The notes under the pieces are model-generated. The model searched no databases. It saw only the letters and a list, made by a program, of their open reading frames with translations, and was not told the origin of the DNA. From Eledone cirrhosa (taxonomy: Eukaryota), in contig OZ024741.1 of assembly GCA_964016885.1 (NCBI GenBank), forward strand, positions 45,198,001 to 45,262,000: 64,000 nt of DNA. Reading direction: 5' to 3'. Both the position numbers and the translations under genes were made by a program. Below are positions 1-14,524 of the stretch, piece by piece (the first letter of the stretch is position 1; each line of letters opens with the position of its first letter).

Positions 1-23
1 CTTTTTGAAAACTGGGACAACAG

Positions 24-1490
<1,467 letters not shown>

Positions 1491-1690
1491 NNNNNNNNNN
1501 NNNNNNNNNNNNNNNNNNNNNNNNNNNNNNNNNNNNNNNNNNNNNNNNNNNNNNNNNNNNNNNNNNNNNNNNNNNNNNNNNNNNNNNNNNNNNNNNNNNN
1601 NNNNNNNNNNNNNNNNNNNNNNNNNNNNNNNNNNNNNNNNNNNNNNNNNNNNNNNNNNNNNNNNNNNNNNNNNNNNNNNNNNNNNNNNNN
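1491..1690. other. Assembly gap (200 N)
   Basis: Run of N characters. Confidence 1.
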
Positions 1691-2116
1691 GAGAGAGATA
1701 CATGTCTTTTGTCACGAACATTTTATTTTTTCTGTGGTAGTGAGGCACTCATAAGTTTATTTATTATAAACATATAGTTCCTGCTTCCATATACATGCCT
1801 GTTAAGCTTAACACTGCTGTAGTGCTGCTGTCAATTAACTGACATATTATCCAACTATACATATGATAACGCCATTAGCTGAACAATAGTACAGTTGATA
1901 ACCGTTATATCCGTATTTTTTATTATTTTTTATAAATATGTTTGTCGAAAGATTTCATCAACAATAAATGATGCGTGCGCCGTGTATCGGCTCGGCAGAC
2001 CGTGTAGCATATTTTGCTAACTTGTAATTACATCAGTTGTGAATTTTGGATTTGGATGCTCTTCATAAGCAACACTATCACAAAGTTATATCTTCTTCTT
2101 CTTCTTCTTCTTCGTC

Positions 2117-2436
2117 CACTTATTCCTGAGAGGGTAGTGGGGACAGATTCCTCAAACAATCCTAATTGAGATATCAGAGTTCCGATATTACGGGCATGTG
2201 TTTAGAATACCTAAGGAAGAATAACTCGACAGATTTTCCAACAAGAATGAGTAAAACCAACAATAATGAGAACAAGGGATAGACCGCGTGCAAGATGGTT
2301 AGATAACATCCGTGAGGAACTCGGCTGCATTCGCTTGGGAATCCTGGCGGATCAGTTGGAAACTGTTGCTTCTGACAGGACCAGCAGGAGAAAGCGTTTG
2401 ATAACTCTGACACCACGGCCTTCTAAGGAATAAGTG
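2117..2436. repeat. MITE-like segment with imperfect ~24 bp terminal inverted repeats, next to (TTC)n
   Basis: cacttattcctgagagggtagtgg (2117) versus the reverse complement of ccacggccttctaaggaataagtg (2413-2436). Confidence 0.45.
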
Positions 2437-2453
2437 AGCGGACAAGATGTAGA

Positions 2454-2463
<10 letters not shown>

Positions 2464-2544
<81 letters not shown>

Positions 2545-2550
2545 CGTGTA
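2464..2550. repeat. (GT)n microsatellite
   Basis: Direct read of the sequence. Confidence 0.97.
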
Positions 2551-5298
2551 TGGGTGTCACTGACGATGTCACAGAATATATGTATTTAATCTACATTAGT
2601 TTTGTAATATATACCATATAAGTTGTATGTTATATATATATATACAATATAAATATCATATAAATAATTTTATATATATTGATATATATATATATATATA
2701 TACATACATACAATAATGCATACATATGCAGTCACACATATACACTAACACACGCACACTGACATATATATAGATAAGCAAGTCATCATTTGATTATAGT
2801 CTATAGTCGCATTCATTCTTGGTGATTAAGTATTCTTCTCTTTCTCTTTGCCAAATAAGATGAAGAGGGAGAGAGTAGTCGTCAGATACTACACGAATAC
2901 AATTGGTAAAACGCTTTCGATTCATACACTCTATTTTTAACCATCATTTCTCAAAGCTGACTACATATAAATCACCGATTAGCAGTATATAACTCAATCA
3001 TCACCGAAGTACTATTGTTAATCATCAGGTATTCCTGGAATGATGAAACTGAAATAAACGCATTGAATTCTATTGTATGGCAGCCATAATGGTTTTCCTT
3101 TTTTTCTGATTTAATATGAGAATGAAATATAAGTCACGGCTGTGAACATTGATTTAATCATGTCTGCCACATTTGATGAATAATAACAAATATTACTGCA
3201 GACATATTTTTGATTAGTGAATTAGTTGCGCCGAATGATGTGGTATGAACAACTAAATATGTGAACTATTCTCAATTCTAAGTTGTCGAAAATTCACTTT
3301 TCTCTTTTATTTCCTTTACTTTTTTCCACCGGCTCAATATTATTACAACCTGTGATTTATAGACTCGAACTGGTCATGTAGATAGATATGATACCGATCA
3401 TTTGACGGGTAGGTGGTGTGCTAAACTCTAATATAGGTATTTTTGTGTTAGTGCTTTTATGTATTTTCTTCTATATGTGTAGGAAAGTGCATTTGAGCTT
3501 TTGACAGCTGGATGTATTTCATAAGATAGTACTTATCGGATGTCAAAATAATATAACACAACTTTGATGAAAAATTGAACACCAATTTAATATATATCGG
3601 GTAGTATTAGGTTTCATTAATTCAAACTATTGCAGGTTTGCATGCATTTAGGAGTATTTCATTTTGAATTTGTAGGAGAATTATTTCCTCTACTTAACCG
3701 ATTTACAACTTCAAACAAGTGATTAAGTTCTGATTTCTTGTACCAGATTTAGTTGCTTCAGGTGTTCGACTCGTCCGAAAGACACTTAGAGGAGATTCGA
3801 ATTCGTTTCTCGATGAGCGTATTTTATCACACTTGCAAATTATAGTCCTTAAATTCATATAAAGTACAAGATATTGACTTTATTTTATTTATTACAGTTT
3901 TTTCATTATTTCTCACAATTGTTTTACCGTTCGAAAACACTCATTGGCAAACATTGTATTATACAAACAGAATTATTGTTGTACGTAAATGTGTATACTA
4001 GGCAGGTGAATAAGTATTATATAACAAGTCAGCTAATCTTCTAATCTTCTAATATTAAGACACCGTCGGTATTTCATGTTTAAAATGTTATTTGCAGCCA
4101 TCAACTCACCGAGAACCATGTTTTCAGATGGTTTCCATTGTTCTTTTATAATAACGTAGTTAAAAGCAATAGATTAAATACTTTTATTGAGTAACAGTTT
4201 GTCCACGAAAATGAATACATCGTAGATCGTTGAGTAACTAGACCGGTAGCCTAACCCTGGAGGATTTGTTTTCTAAAATAATTATATATATGTAGTTGTC
4301 ATGAACTATTACATATATTTGATGCCGTAGATACTATTTAAATTATTCAACGCTTATTATTGAAATGTTTTATTTGTTGGTAGCAATTTTAATGTTACTG
4401 ATATAAATTTTCTCTTTGGAACTGCATTACCGCGCACCATCACAATACAATATTTTTCTCATTATTAGATGTGTTTGTATTCATGGTCATAAAGTATAGA
4501 TATATATATAGAGATAATTATATATAAACGTGTGTGTGCGTGTGTATCTGTGTTTGTGTGTGTGTGTTTGTCTATGCGTGTATGTGTGTGTTTGTTTGTG
4601 TGTGTAAACCACGGTGACCGCGAAACACGAACATTGCTGACAACATAGAGAAAATCACTTATGATAGTATCCCAACCAGCTAGATATTAAGCAGTCGGGT
4701 TGTTTAGCAAACTCAAGATGTTTTTCTTCTCCTTTGATATGAAATAAGAATTAATAAACCCTTCTGGGTATACTCTTATTCTATTGGTGTACATACGTTT
4801 CGATTTAAATTTTCCTTTTTGTGTGATGCACGAAGACACCACTATTATATATAGATGAGCCTGTGTAGATATGAACTTCATTGTTCTAAATAGGCAGATT
4901 GCTCTGTAAAATTCCATACCAGGAGGGAGAAAGAGAAGGTTACGCCATTTTGAAAATATAATCTTGCATGTTATTAAATCTAACCTACATGCTGAGAAAC
5001 CGAATAATTGAAAACAATTGATAACACATGGGGGTGGGGAGAAAATAATAACTCGACAATAACAAAATAGAAATAAATAGAAAACCAAGAAAACATATTT
5101 TATGTTACAGGTGTTAGGTGAAATGTATTTGTATTAGAATTTCTACTGAAATTTATCAAGCAATAGAAATGGTGCCATATGAATATTTTAAAAAGTATGA
5201 AAAATAATTTTACTCGGGTAGAATAAGGACAAAATGAAAAAAAAAGAATAAAGGAAAATGAAAAATTGGGTGGAAAAATAAAAGGAAATTCTACACCG

Positions 5299-5420
5299 TT
5301 GGCTGATGCAGTGTATAACGCAGGCTCCTCGCTGTACCCATGTCTTAGCTGCTCTCTGCGGACAAGATAGTTTAGGCGTGGTTGCAGCGAAGTGGCAGCG
5401 CTATCCACTGCATCAGCCAA
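5299..5420. repeat. GC-rich hairpin/MITE-like element with 23 bp inverted ends
   Basis: ttggctgatgcagtgtataacgc ... gcgctatccactgcatcagccaa; 21 of 23 positions complementary. Confidence 0.55.
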
Positions 5421-5959
5421 TCCCTTTTATAAGTCTTCCTATTCAGGTTTCATACCCCACTCCTACATTAGTGGTGAAAAGGAAATTCAGATGTAAATAA
5501 AGCCCTCAATGGTGGCCAGCACATATAGGAAATTTATAATTATTATCTGCTAATTAGTTAATAAATATCATACAAAAGCCTCTTATTAACGATTGGGTAA
5601 TATTTTTTTATCTTTACTGCTTCTACATACATAATATTACGGTTAACAATTTTTTGCGATTTTTTTTAATGTGATACAGACATGGCTAAATATATTGATT
5701 TAAAATCGATAAAGAAATACGAAAATGAAATTAACTTGGGAATATCAACTGGGAAAGTCATATAATCAAGAATAATTATATATTTTACTGTTGTAGAAAC
5801 AATCTAAAATTAAGGTGTAGCTCAATCAACGAGGAGAAATACATGTTAAAACGTTACCATATGATAGTTTTGTCGATTCTTCTTCTTCTTCTTCTTCTTC
5901 TGTGATAGATTGGCAGTATCGGTGGAGCGTCGGACACCATGCTTTGCCATACCAACAAC

Positions 5960-6745
5960 AACCAAGAAAGAATCAATCCAAGAAGAAGATGAGGAAAGCT
6001 CACCCCCCCCCCCCCTCGGTAAAAATATACACACATAAACACCCAGGCAAACATCTGAGAGTGACATAGAATACCTCGTCTTTGCGTAATGAAGATGGGG
6101 AACAACCACAAAGAGAAAAAAAACAAAAAACCCAAACTTATGGAAAAAAAAAACTTACACTTACAAACACAACAGAAGACGAAGACACCGCTCACAGAAC
6201 AAATACAGGCATATCCACAGTAATATCAACACGACCGCCACTACGAGCAGCAGCACAACCGTCAAACGAAAGCTCGGACAACCATAACAAGTAATCACAC
6301 AGACCTCAAACTGTGTGCTAATAAGAATGGCTAACCAAGAACCAATGGCCCTCATAGTACAATGTGAACAAATTAAAAGAGAGTGGGAGATTTTTGCTAC
6401 CAACAGCTTCAAAGGGCGAAAGTCGCCAATGACGGTAAGAATGGCACCATAAACATAAAAGAAAACATTAGAGAGAGCTTCCCACAACACGTGGGAACAC
6501 CAGATTTAAAGACTTTCAAGAAGAAGACGACACCTTCCTATGGTGTTCTTGGCGATTTGGGTGGTTCGGATCTGTGGTGTTCCTAAACCACCTCTGATTG
6601 ATACTTCCCTATATTGGGGAATTCTTTTGTTTTAATTTATTGTTACTTTGATACCGGTTTTCTTTGTTTATACGATTATGTAAATCCCCCGTGCCCTTGT
6701 TCATTCGTATTGTCCCTTAGTGGCCAATAAAGATTTTTATTATTG
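5960..6745 (+). mobile_element. Internally deleted L1/Tx1-type LINE: ORF1 C-terminus joined directly to the 3' UTR
   Basis: Translates ...IKENIRESFPQHVGTPDLK, matching FKEIRESFPQDVGNPNVK in the 38099-38746 ORF1 frame. It is followed by the Tx1 3' UTR (ttccctatattggggaa ... cccttagtggccaataaag). Confidence 0.7.
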
Positions 6746-6918
6746 ACAGAATCGTGAAAGGGAGCATCTGGCAAAATGATTTCCTCTATGTATTGTAGCT
6801 CTTAAATTCTGGTTTCAAATCAATCTAAGATCATCCTTCCGTAGTTTCGATAACATCCACCACAAATTGCTGGATTTCTGTTTCAATTAGAAACATCATT
6901 GTTATTATTAATTGCCTC

Positions 6919-7143
6919 TAGGGTGGTGGATTGGCAGTATCTGTGGAGCGTCATACACGATGCTTTGCAGCATAGAGTTACGGCCCTTCACGGTCTGAGT
7001 TCAAATCCCGCCAAGGTTAACTTTGCCTTTCATCCTTACTGGGTCGATAAAATAAAGTACCGGTAACGTACTGGTGTCGATTTAATCGACTTTTACCCCC
7101 CCCCCCTCCCCAAATTACTGGCCATGTGCCTATACTAGAAATC
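6919..7143 (+). mobile_element. Full-length tRNA-derived SINE (octopus-type) with 15 bp TSD
   Basis: Box A-like TGGCAGTATCTGTGG and box B GAGTTCAAATCC. TSD attattaattgcctc at 6904-6918 and 7144-7158. Many copies occur in the window. Confidence 0.88.
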
Positions 7144-8424
7144 ATTATTAATTGCCTCGGATGTGGAAATACGTGCGACTGCCCAGTACGAACTCCCAAA
7201 ACACTCATCAATTTAACTGACGTAGGTCCAACGCACACGTACACATATAATTAATATGTTACTGTACTAAAGTGATATTTGAGAAAGAGTTAATACAAAA
7301 GCGACTCATCCGTAACGGTGATTGACTGATACATATATACATGGATAATAAACAAACTAAATTACAAGCGTGCAAAACTGGAAGGAATAAAAAAACAGAA
7401 GACATACCGGAAGGAAACAATTGACTTGACTAAAACAGAAAATGCTATCCTGTTTGACGAAGATGGGGCTGTCAAATCAAGACATAGAAAATGTATGTAT
7501 TATGCTGGGAAGATATGTGTCAGATATGTGACAATGTATTTAGAATTGTCAATCAAACAATGTTATTAAATGATTGTCAGAATATGAAAGGTGAAAGTAA
7601 AAGGATAAGCAAGCATGTTTGTATTGAATTTCAAATTAACATAGAAGAAAAACACTGGTACAATCACCAGCCGCCATTTATTACAGAAAGATGATTATTG
7701 TAAAATAGTAAACTAGTAGACAATAATATTACACGAAACCGATATCGTAATGATAGAGAGAAATGAAAAGCTTTTAAATACATATATGTTGCGAAACTCG
7801 AAATAAAAGAAACAGTAGTAGTTGGCTTCAATAATGCGTTATTTTCTCGGTCAATGAAAACAAAGCCTTTTGTGAGATGTTTTACCGATTTTGCCAAATG
7901 TGGTTAACAAATACAATACTACTACTAATAATAACGTCCACTTTAGGCAAACGTTCAGCAATTTCGAGGGAGGGAAACAGTCGACCAAATCGATATTAGT
8001 CCTTTACTGGCACTATAGTTCATCAATACAGGACAGATAGATGTAAGGCCAAGTTGATAATGATAATGATTACGATAGCAATATTGATATATTTAGATAT
8101 AATTTGTCTCCCAGTTTAATAGCACCACTTGACTCTAGTGTACATATATTAGAGACTAATATAATCAATTATTCGGTCCGTATCTCCTGTTTGAAATCAT
8201 ATTTGCCCCTCCCATCTAAAGATTCATAAGCACTGTTATTCCCTCCCTGACAATAAATATGTTGTAGTTGATTTTTTTTTTCTGTTTTATTGTTTTGAGG
8301 CGTTAGTTTGAGGTCATTGCCTTGATTTAGTTGATCATATAAAGAAACTGTAAAATTAAATATATAAATGGACAAAAACACACACAAACACATACACACC
8401 CACACACACATGCATATATATAGA

Positions 8425-8528
8425 TAATTGTTCTACTTTTGGCACAAAGCCAGCAATTATACAGTGGATTACTGGTACTTTATTTTATCGACGCTGTAAG
8501 GATGAAAGGCAAAGTTAATCTCGGCAGT
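8425..8528 (-). mobile_element. SINE 3' fragment (same family)
   Basis: Reverse complement matches the SINE body and tail (tactttattttatcgac...ggatgaaaggcaaagtt). Confidence 0.8.
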
Positions 8529-8571
8529 GAGTGTGATTTGGTAGGCGAGAGCTGTGCAGAAGCCCATTGTA

Positions 8572-8632
<61 letters not shown>

Positions 8633-9384
8633 TGGGCTTCCGTACAGTTTTCGCCTACCAAATCTTACTCAAAATGTATTGCATGTTAAACAGATGCATG
8701 TATTATCAGTTTGTCGAGTTTTTAGATTCCAACATCGATAATCTGATGAAGTCAGATACAGGACTGTTTATATTTCGTCTGATAGCTTTGTGAATAATAT
8801 GCGATTGCTATTGTATAACAATCATGTCAATTTGATCTTAAATTCATAATGGTTTTGTTATAAATGAAAAAAATACATGTTAAACTATTAGAAATAATCT
8901 GATCGCTTACTCCTAAAATTACGTACTGAACATCTTTAATCTAATCAATAAAACTTGATTCTATCAACGATCGTTTTATAATCTAATTAATAACATCAAT
9001 TATTATAACATAAAAGTTATCATATAATCAATGGATATTAATTTTAGTACAAAACGTATGATAATTTAATCAACAAACCATAGTGATTTTTTCCTTTTGT
9101 TTACGAGATTTTTTGTTAAATTGTCTCCTATTATTATGAAACAAAACCAAAATATATAAATAAATAAACGAATATTATAATTATCAAACCTAATTAACTG
9201 AAGTTATTGATTTTTGTTTGTTTTCTTCTTTGTGATATTATTTTAATTAATTTTTATATGTGAAGTTCATATTTTCATTACTAAAATATTTATTGTTGGT
9301 ATGGTACACATGACTTCCAAGAAAAAAAGTGTTTTAAAATTGAGTTTCTGATGATATTTCACTGAAATTATACTTTACATTAGT

Positions 9385-9802
9385 AGTTGATACAACTACC
9401 ACCACAAGCACTACTACTACTACTACCACTACTATTGCTGCTGCTGCTAATACTACTACTGCACCTGCTGCTGCTGTCATGGCTACCACAACTATTAACA
9501 CTACTATTACTACTACTACCACCTACCCCACCCATCGCCACCACCAGTACTGGTGCTGTTGCTGGTGTTGCTACTATTAATACTACTACCACTCTACCAT
9601 CACTACTACTACTACTGCTGGTGCTATTACTAATACTACCACTACTACCACCACTACCACTACTAATACTACTACAAATAATACTACTACAGCAACTACT
9701 GCTACTACTACTAGCACTATTAATGCCACAACTATTACTGCTGCGGGTGATACTACTACAACCACTACTACTACCACTCCTAGTATAGTAGTAGTAGTAG
9801 TG
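9385..9802. repeat. Degenerate (CTA)n/(CTG)n trinucleotide tract
   Basis: Direct read; source of the poly-Leu/Val/Ser ORFs. Confidence 0.9.
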
Positions 9803-10056
9803 GCAACACCTTCATCACAACTAACATTTATAAATGATGTGTGTCATGATTACAACTCCATCATATTAAATATCAAACACAATAAACAATTTTAATTGCA
9901 AAAGATATTTTTAAAAAATAGAAAAAATAATTCAATATACGATGCCTTTAATGTGTTATTGTTAGAAATAAATTCTTGGGGAATATCAAATCGGAAGCAT
10001 TGGTACATGTTATAATCAAATATCTTACAATGAAATGTGTAATATAATTAAAGGGA

Positions 10057-10107
<51 letters not shown>

Positions 10108-10150
10108 CGAAACATAAGTCAATTGCATGAACTCATAATCCTTTATTTAT

Positions 10151-10202
10151 TGCTATATATATTTCGATGATAGCCATTGAATGGCTATGAACTCATCAGG
10201 CA
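10151..10202 (-). ncRNA. Type I minimal hammerhead ribozyme motif in a TA-flanked cassette
   Basis: Minus strand: tgc CTGATGA gttc-atagcca-ttcaa-tggctat-catc GAAA tatata TA gca. Stem I tgc/gca, palindromic stem III. Confidence 0.72.
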
Positions 10203-10271
10203 GTTAATCAGTTCTTAGATATGCCAGCTCTGTAATTATAGTGTTGATGGTATCAGAGCCTTGGGACATAT

Positions 10272-10336
<65 letters not shown>

Positions 10337-10385
10337 TGACGTAAAATAAGAAAATTATAAACATTAGCTTACTTACTAAAATTTC

Positions 10386-10468
10386 ACTCCAACTAATTAG
10401 TTTCTGAAAGGGAATAAACATGGTTTCCAAATGGAAAGCATGGAGAAGCCGTTTCGTCATCAGGAAGT
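10386..10468 (-). ncRNA. Type I hammerhead ribozyme motif with extended stem II
   Basis: Minus strand: acttc CTGATGA c-gaaacgg..tttcca-tt-tggaaa..ccctttc-a GAAA ctaattag TT ggagt. Stem I acttc/ggagt, palindromic CTAATTAG stem III. Confidence 0.68.
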
Positions 10469-10679
10469 CTGTTCTCAGCTAAGATACCTGGCGATGCGTG
10501 GACACAGGGAACTTATACAAAAATAATTCAGTGGATGGAAAAAAGCAAGCGTGGACTAAATTCCAAGACATTGAAAAAATCACTGCCTACTTGGTCCGTG
10601 GCAAATTCAAAACAATCAATCACGTGACATCGAGGTTAATTAGTGAGGAGTGGGGTGTTAAAAAGACAGTAGCTAAGCC

Positions 10680-10751
<72 letters not shown>

Positions 10752-10753
<2 letters not shown>

Positions 10754-12174
10754 ACCACAAAAATATCTCTAAAGAAATTAACCTACCAACATGCACCATA
10801 GCACCAAATACAAAACGCAAACACATAACAACATCACAACCACGAACGCATCAGAACGCATCACAACAAGCATTAAAAGGCCTAAATCACAACCCACCCA
10901 CAACAACTTACAAAACCGCAAAGATGAACCTGCACACAGTAAAACCTCGAATTGTAATTGTCACCTACTGGATAAGTGGCCACTACGGAATAGATGCCTG
11001 GATTTGAGTATGGTATACCTGTGTACTGTAAATTTAGTCAACTCTACTTGGCACTACATAGGTTCCACGGCTGGGGAGTTCAAGAAAAGGTGGTACGTCA
11101 ACAGACACTCCATGAAGAACCGTGGACTGGAGAACACTACGACGCTCGCCAATAAAATCTGGCAGCTTAAAGACAAAAACCTAGAATATAAGATTAGCTG
11201 GTCACAATTATCCGTAACAAGAGCCGACAGCAACGGAATGTCCCACTTCGGGTTTGTAATTTAGAACTACTACATATTTTAAGGTACGATGGGATGCTGC
11301 TTAACAGCAAAATAGAAAGATCAATTTTCTGTGGGCAGAAAATAGCTACTAGATTCACAAACTTCAAACCACCATGATTTGAACCAGCAATCCCAAAATT
11401 AGAACTGAACCACCTAGATTTTAACATATAGAATACACACCATCGCACTGCTATTAGCTGTCAAACGGCCAATATGTCACTGGATCATAAATTTCTGAAC
11501 ATGTCTTTCACACTCTCTCCCTGAAACAGCATCAACCCCATTAATTTAGAACAACCAGCAAAACATTTACAACAAGCGTTTATCAAACGTCCCGTCGTCC
11601 CTAGCCCATAAATCTCATACATGTATCCACCAATTAATCTCTAATTTATTGTTTTTTCTTTTATCTGTCACTACATTGGACCCTCTACACGTATCTATGT
11701 ACACCTCGAATATGGTTTTTCTTGTTAGCACTAAACCCACCAACAAATGCTTATAAGAACACTTACTCAAAACTACTACTAACATACTATGTACTTACAG
11801 ACTATCACTTATCCTTATTTACTTATTTATATTTTCCATTTTCTCATTTTCTTACTTTTTTAATGTACCCTATCTTATCTTTTACTTTTTACTTTTTGCA
11901 TCTGTAACTTCTCTACCTATTTACGATATATGTTTTATTATTGATGTTATTGTTTTGATTATACGCTATTTTTCTATATATGTCTTGCCTCGAGTGAATT
12001 ATTTTCATATCTACCTACTCTGATCTGTTGACCAGAGGTAAATAATATATTGGGGATTGAGTGACGCAACTTCAAGAGATTAGCGAACTCTAGACTCACC
12101 TGATCAACGAAACAATTGTCAGTACTTTAAATAAAGCCCTTATTGTACAGCCAACCATGTTACTCTTTATTCTT

Positions 12175-12180
<6 letters not shown>
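10752..12180 (+). mobile_element. 5'-truncated Penelope-like element: GIY-YIG fragment plus 3' UTR/pLTR, flanked by (TA)n
   Basis: CNCHLLDKWPL..CL..MVYLCTV...HYIGSTAGEFKKRW (GIY-YIG). Hammerhead-like fold at 12016-12124. TA tracts on both sides. Confidence 0.85.
12016..12124 (+). ncRNA. Hammerhead-like motif with ~80 nt stem II and variant core (CTGATCT)
   Basis: tact CTGATCT gttga...tcaac GAAA caattg TC agta. Confidence 0.55.
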
Positions 12181-12240
<60 letters not shown>

Positions 12241-12242
<2 letters not shown>

Positions 12243-12369
12243 AAAAAGTATGACACCGACGGCAGAGCTCAAGCCGTTTCGACGGCTATTTCTGGACTAA
12301 ATTCTGAATTTAGTCCAGAAATAGCGGTCGAAATGGCTTGAGCTCTGCCGTCGGGGTCATACTTTTTCC
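12241..12369. repeat. Near-perfect 129 bp palindrome (fold-back pLTR fragment carrying a hammerhead 3' half)
   Basis: ggaaaaagtatgac...aaattc t gaattt...gtcatactttttcc; contains GAAA-yggc..gccg-TC. The cassette lies between TA tracts. Confidence 0.85.
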
Positions 12370-12489
12370 TATTTCCCACTCTACTACCCTAAGTATTGAG
12401 TACTCCGGTGCGTTATGGTCCATTTGGTTCTTTACCACAATTCCTTTGTTATATATATATATATATATTTATACATGTATATTTATATT

Positions 12490-12520
<31 letters not shown>

Positions 12521-12521
12521 G

Positions 12522-12563
<42 letters not shown>

Positions 12564-12629
12564 GTATAATAAACAATACAATATAATTACCTCATTAGCA
12601 GAGGTTTCCCGAATAAGACCAATACGAAA

Positions 12630-14002
12630 AACGTCCTCATTCGTTCAACGGTCAAACATACAGATACAATATAGACACAAACACATATATATAGTCTAAT
12701 AAAGTTCTTTCGTTGCACATCTGCAACATCGTCAGTGGTGCTATTATGTTTCCTCCCGTTGTATTGTATGCCTACGCCATCTTTATTTAGTCTGTTTATT
12801 TATTTATTTATTTATTTAGACCCTCATAGAACAGGACATGAAAGGAATTTGCCCATTATACATGAGCAAATCATGGAATAGCTTAGATAGGACTAGACAT
12901 AAGATAGGGAATGCCACCTCATGGTACGACAACGAGAGATACTAGAGTGTCATGCTTGTGGACGCTACCCCTGGAGGGAAATTAGCTAACCTGTGTAGAA
13001 AGGTCCTGAGAAAAACCCACTTAAAGATTAAGGTGGTAGAAAACCAAGGAACCACCATAAAATCCCTGATCAGCAAAACCTACCCTTTTAAGAAAACCCA
13101 CTGTACTAATAGGAAATGTATTATATGTAAAGTAAATCCCCGGATAAACTGTAAAACCAGAAACGTAGTCTATAGCATAAGATGTACAGAGGGTACTTGC
13201 AGAAACATGACAACAACATACATAGGCGAGACAGCTCGTAGCATAGGTGAAAGGATAGACCAACACTGGGGGGAAACTAAAGGGACGAAAAAAAGGTTCA
13301 GTACGATACGAACATGCCAGACAACAACACGACGGTAACATAGACAACATAGAAATTAGAATAATATCTAAACATAGAAATGACCCATCAGATAGGCAAA
13401 TCAGAGAGGCCAGCGAAATAGAACTTAGAAGGCCAAGGATAAACAGAAAAAATGAATGGAATAGCAACAACACCCAAACAAACAATACTGACCTAAGAGA
13501 AGTATAAATAAATAAATAAATGCATACACAAACACAATAACAACAAACACATATAAAAACACACTAGTAAACTCAGATAGAATACAATAACCAATACACA
13601 GTCACCCAAACACGAACACACATGAAACAGACACTATACACACACGCAAACGCATGCGCAGAGACGACAAGAAAAAAATAAACAGACTAAATAAAGATGC
13701 CGTAGGCATACAATACAACGGGAGGAAACATAATAGCACCACTGACGATGTTGCAGATGCGCAACGAAAGAACTTTGTGGGACATATATATATGTATTTG
13801 TGTCTATATTGTATCTGTATTTTTGATCGTTGGTCAGTCAATGGTAACATTGAGGACGGAATGAATAAATTAACCGGTATAAAAGACACAGAAGCGAAAA
13901 CCAACCAAACAGTGAGTGTGTTCTGTTATTAATTCTGGCGATATTAATACACAAATATGACCCTCCCCAAGTATAACAATATTTGTTTCGAGACACGATT
14001 TC
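12630..14002 (+). mobile_element. 5'-truncated Penelope-like element (GIY-YIG fragment) with an inverted pLTR piece at its 5' end
   Basis: ORF 12952-13338 (CTNRKCIICK..CKTRNVVYSIRC...YIGETARSIGERI). 12630-12800 is the reverse complement of ~13680-13850. Hammerhead core at ~13740-13780. Confidence 0.88.
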
Positions 14003-14009
14003 ATATCAA

Positions 14010-14208
14010 AAACCTCGCAGAACTAATTCATCGCTCCTTTGGGAGCCCCTACATGGACACACTGGAAGAGGAAGACCAAGGTTAACATATGTTGATGCCC
14101 TAAGGACAGGCACTGGTCTGTTGGAGACGCAGGACATGGCAGCGATAATGAGGGACAGAGACCGCTGGAGAGAACTCGTCCATGGATCTCGGGAATTTTA
14201 CCCGCCTT

Positions 14209-14210
<2 letters not shown>
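14010..14210 (+). mobile_element. RTE-clade LINE 3' fragment
   Basis: LLWEPLHGHTGRGRPRLTYVDAL...MRDRDRWRELV is a typical RTE ORF C-terminus. Confidence 0.8.
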
Positions 14211-14274
<64 letters not shown>

Positions 14275-14482
14275 CGTTTCTGAATTTGTTTAGCAAGATT
14301 CTTTATCTGAAAACGTGTGTTGAAACCGATAATGTTATACTTTGGGAGGGTCGTGTTGTCAATAAGAAACACACGCACCAGTTGCTTTCACTTCAATTTA
14401 TCATAATAAATTTATAAATTTAGGAATTTATAAATTTCCGGTTGGTTGGTTGGTTCCACAACCAGATGGTTGTTTATATATT

Positions 14483-14524
14483 GTCAAAGTTTTTCGTCAC
14501 ATATTCTGTGACCTCTTCAGTGAC
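14483..14524 (-). ncRNA. Type I minimal hammerhead motif in PLE pLTR
   Basis: Minus strand: gtca CTGAAGA g gtcaca-gaata-tgtgac GAAA aac TT tgac. Confidence 0.72.

Noticed and set aside
2556-2582. gtcaCTGACGAtgtcacagaata
   Set aside because: Only the 5' half of the 14483-type hammerhead; the 3' half is missing, so it is not called as a ribozyme.
2800-5280. Host exons in the non-repetitive-looking AT-rich stretches (also 22900-24200 and 60600-63500)
   Set aside because: No recognisable domains or convincing splice-bounded ORFs. Small exons cannot be excluded without RNA-seq.
6919-7015. tRNA gene
   Set aside because: Box A and box B are present but no cloverleaf; it continues into a multi-copy body with a TSD, so it is a SINE.
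8744-8790. CTGATGA followed by gtc..gac
   Set aside because: No GAAA or stem III downstream, so not a hammerhead.
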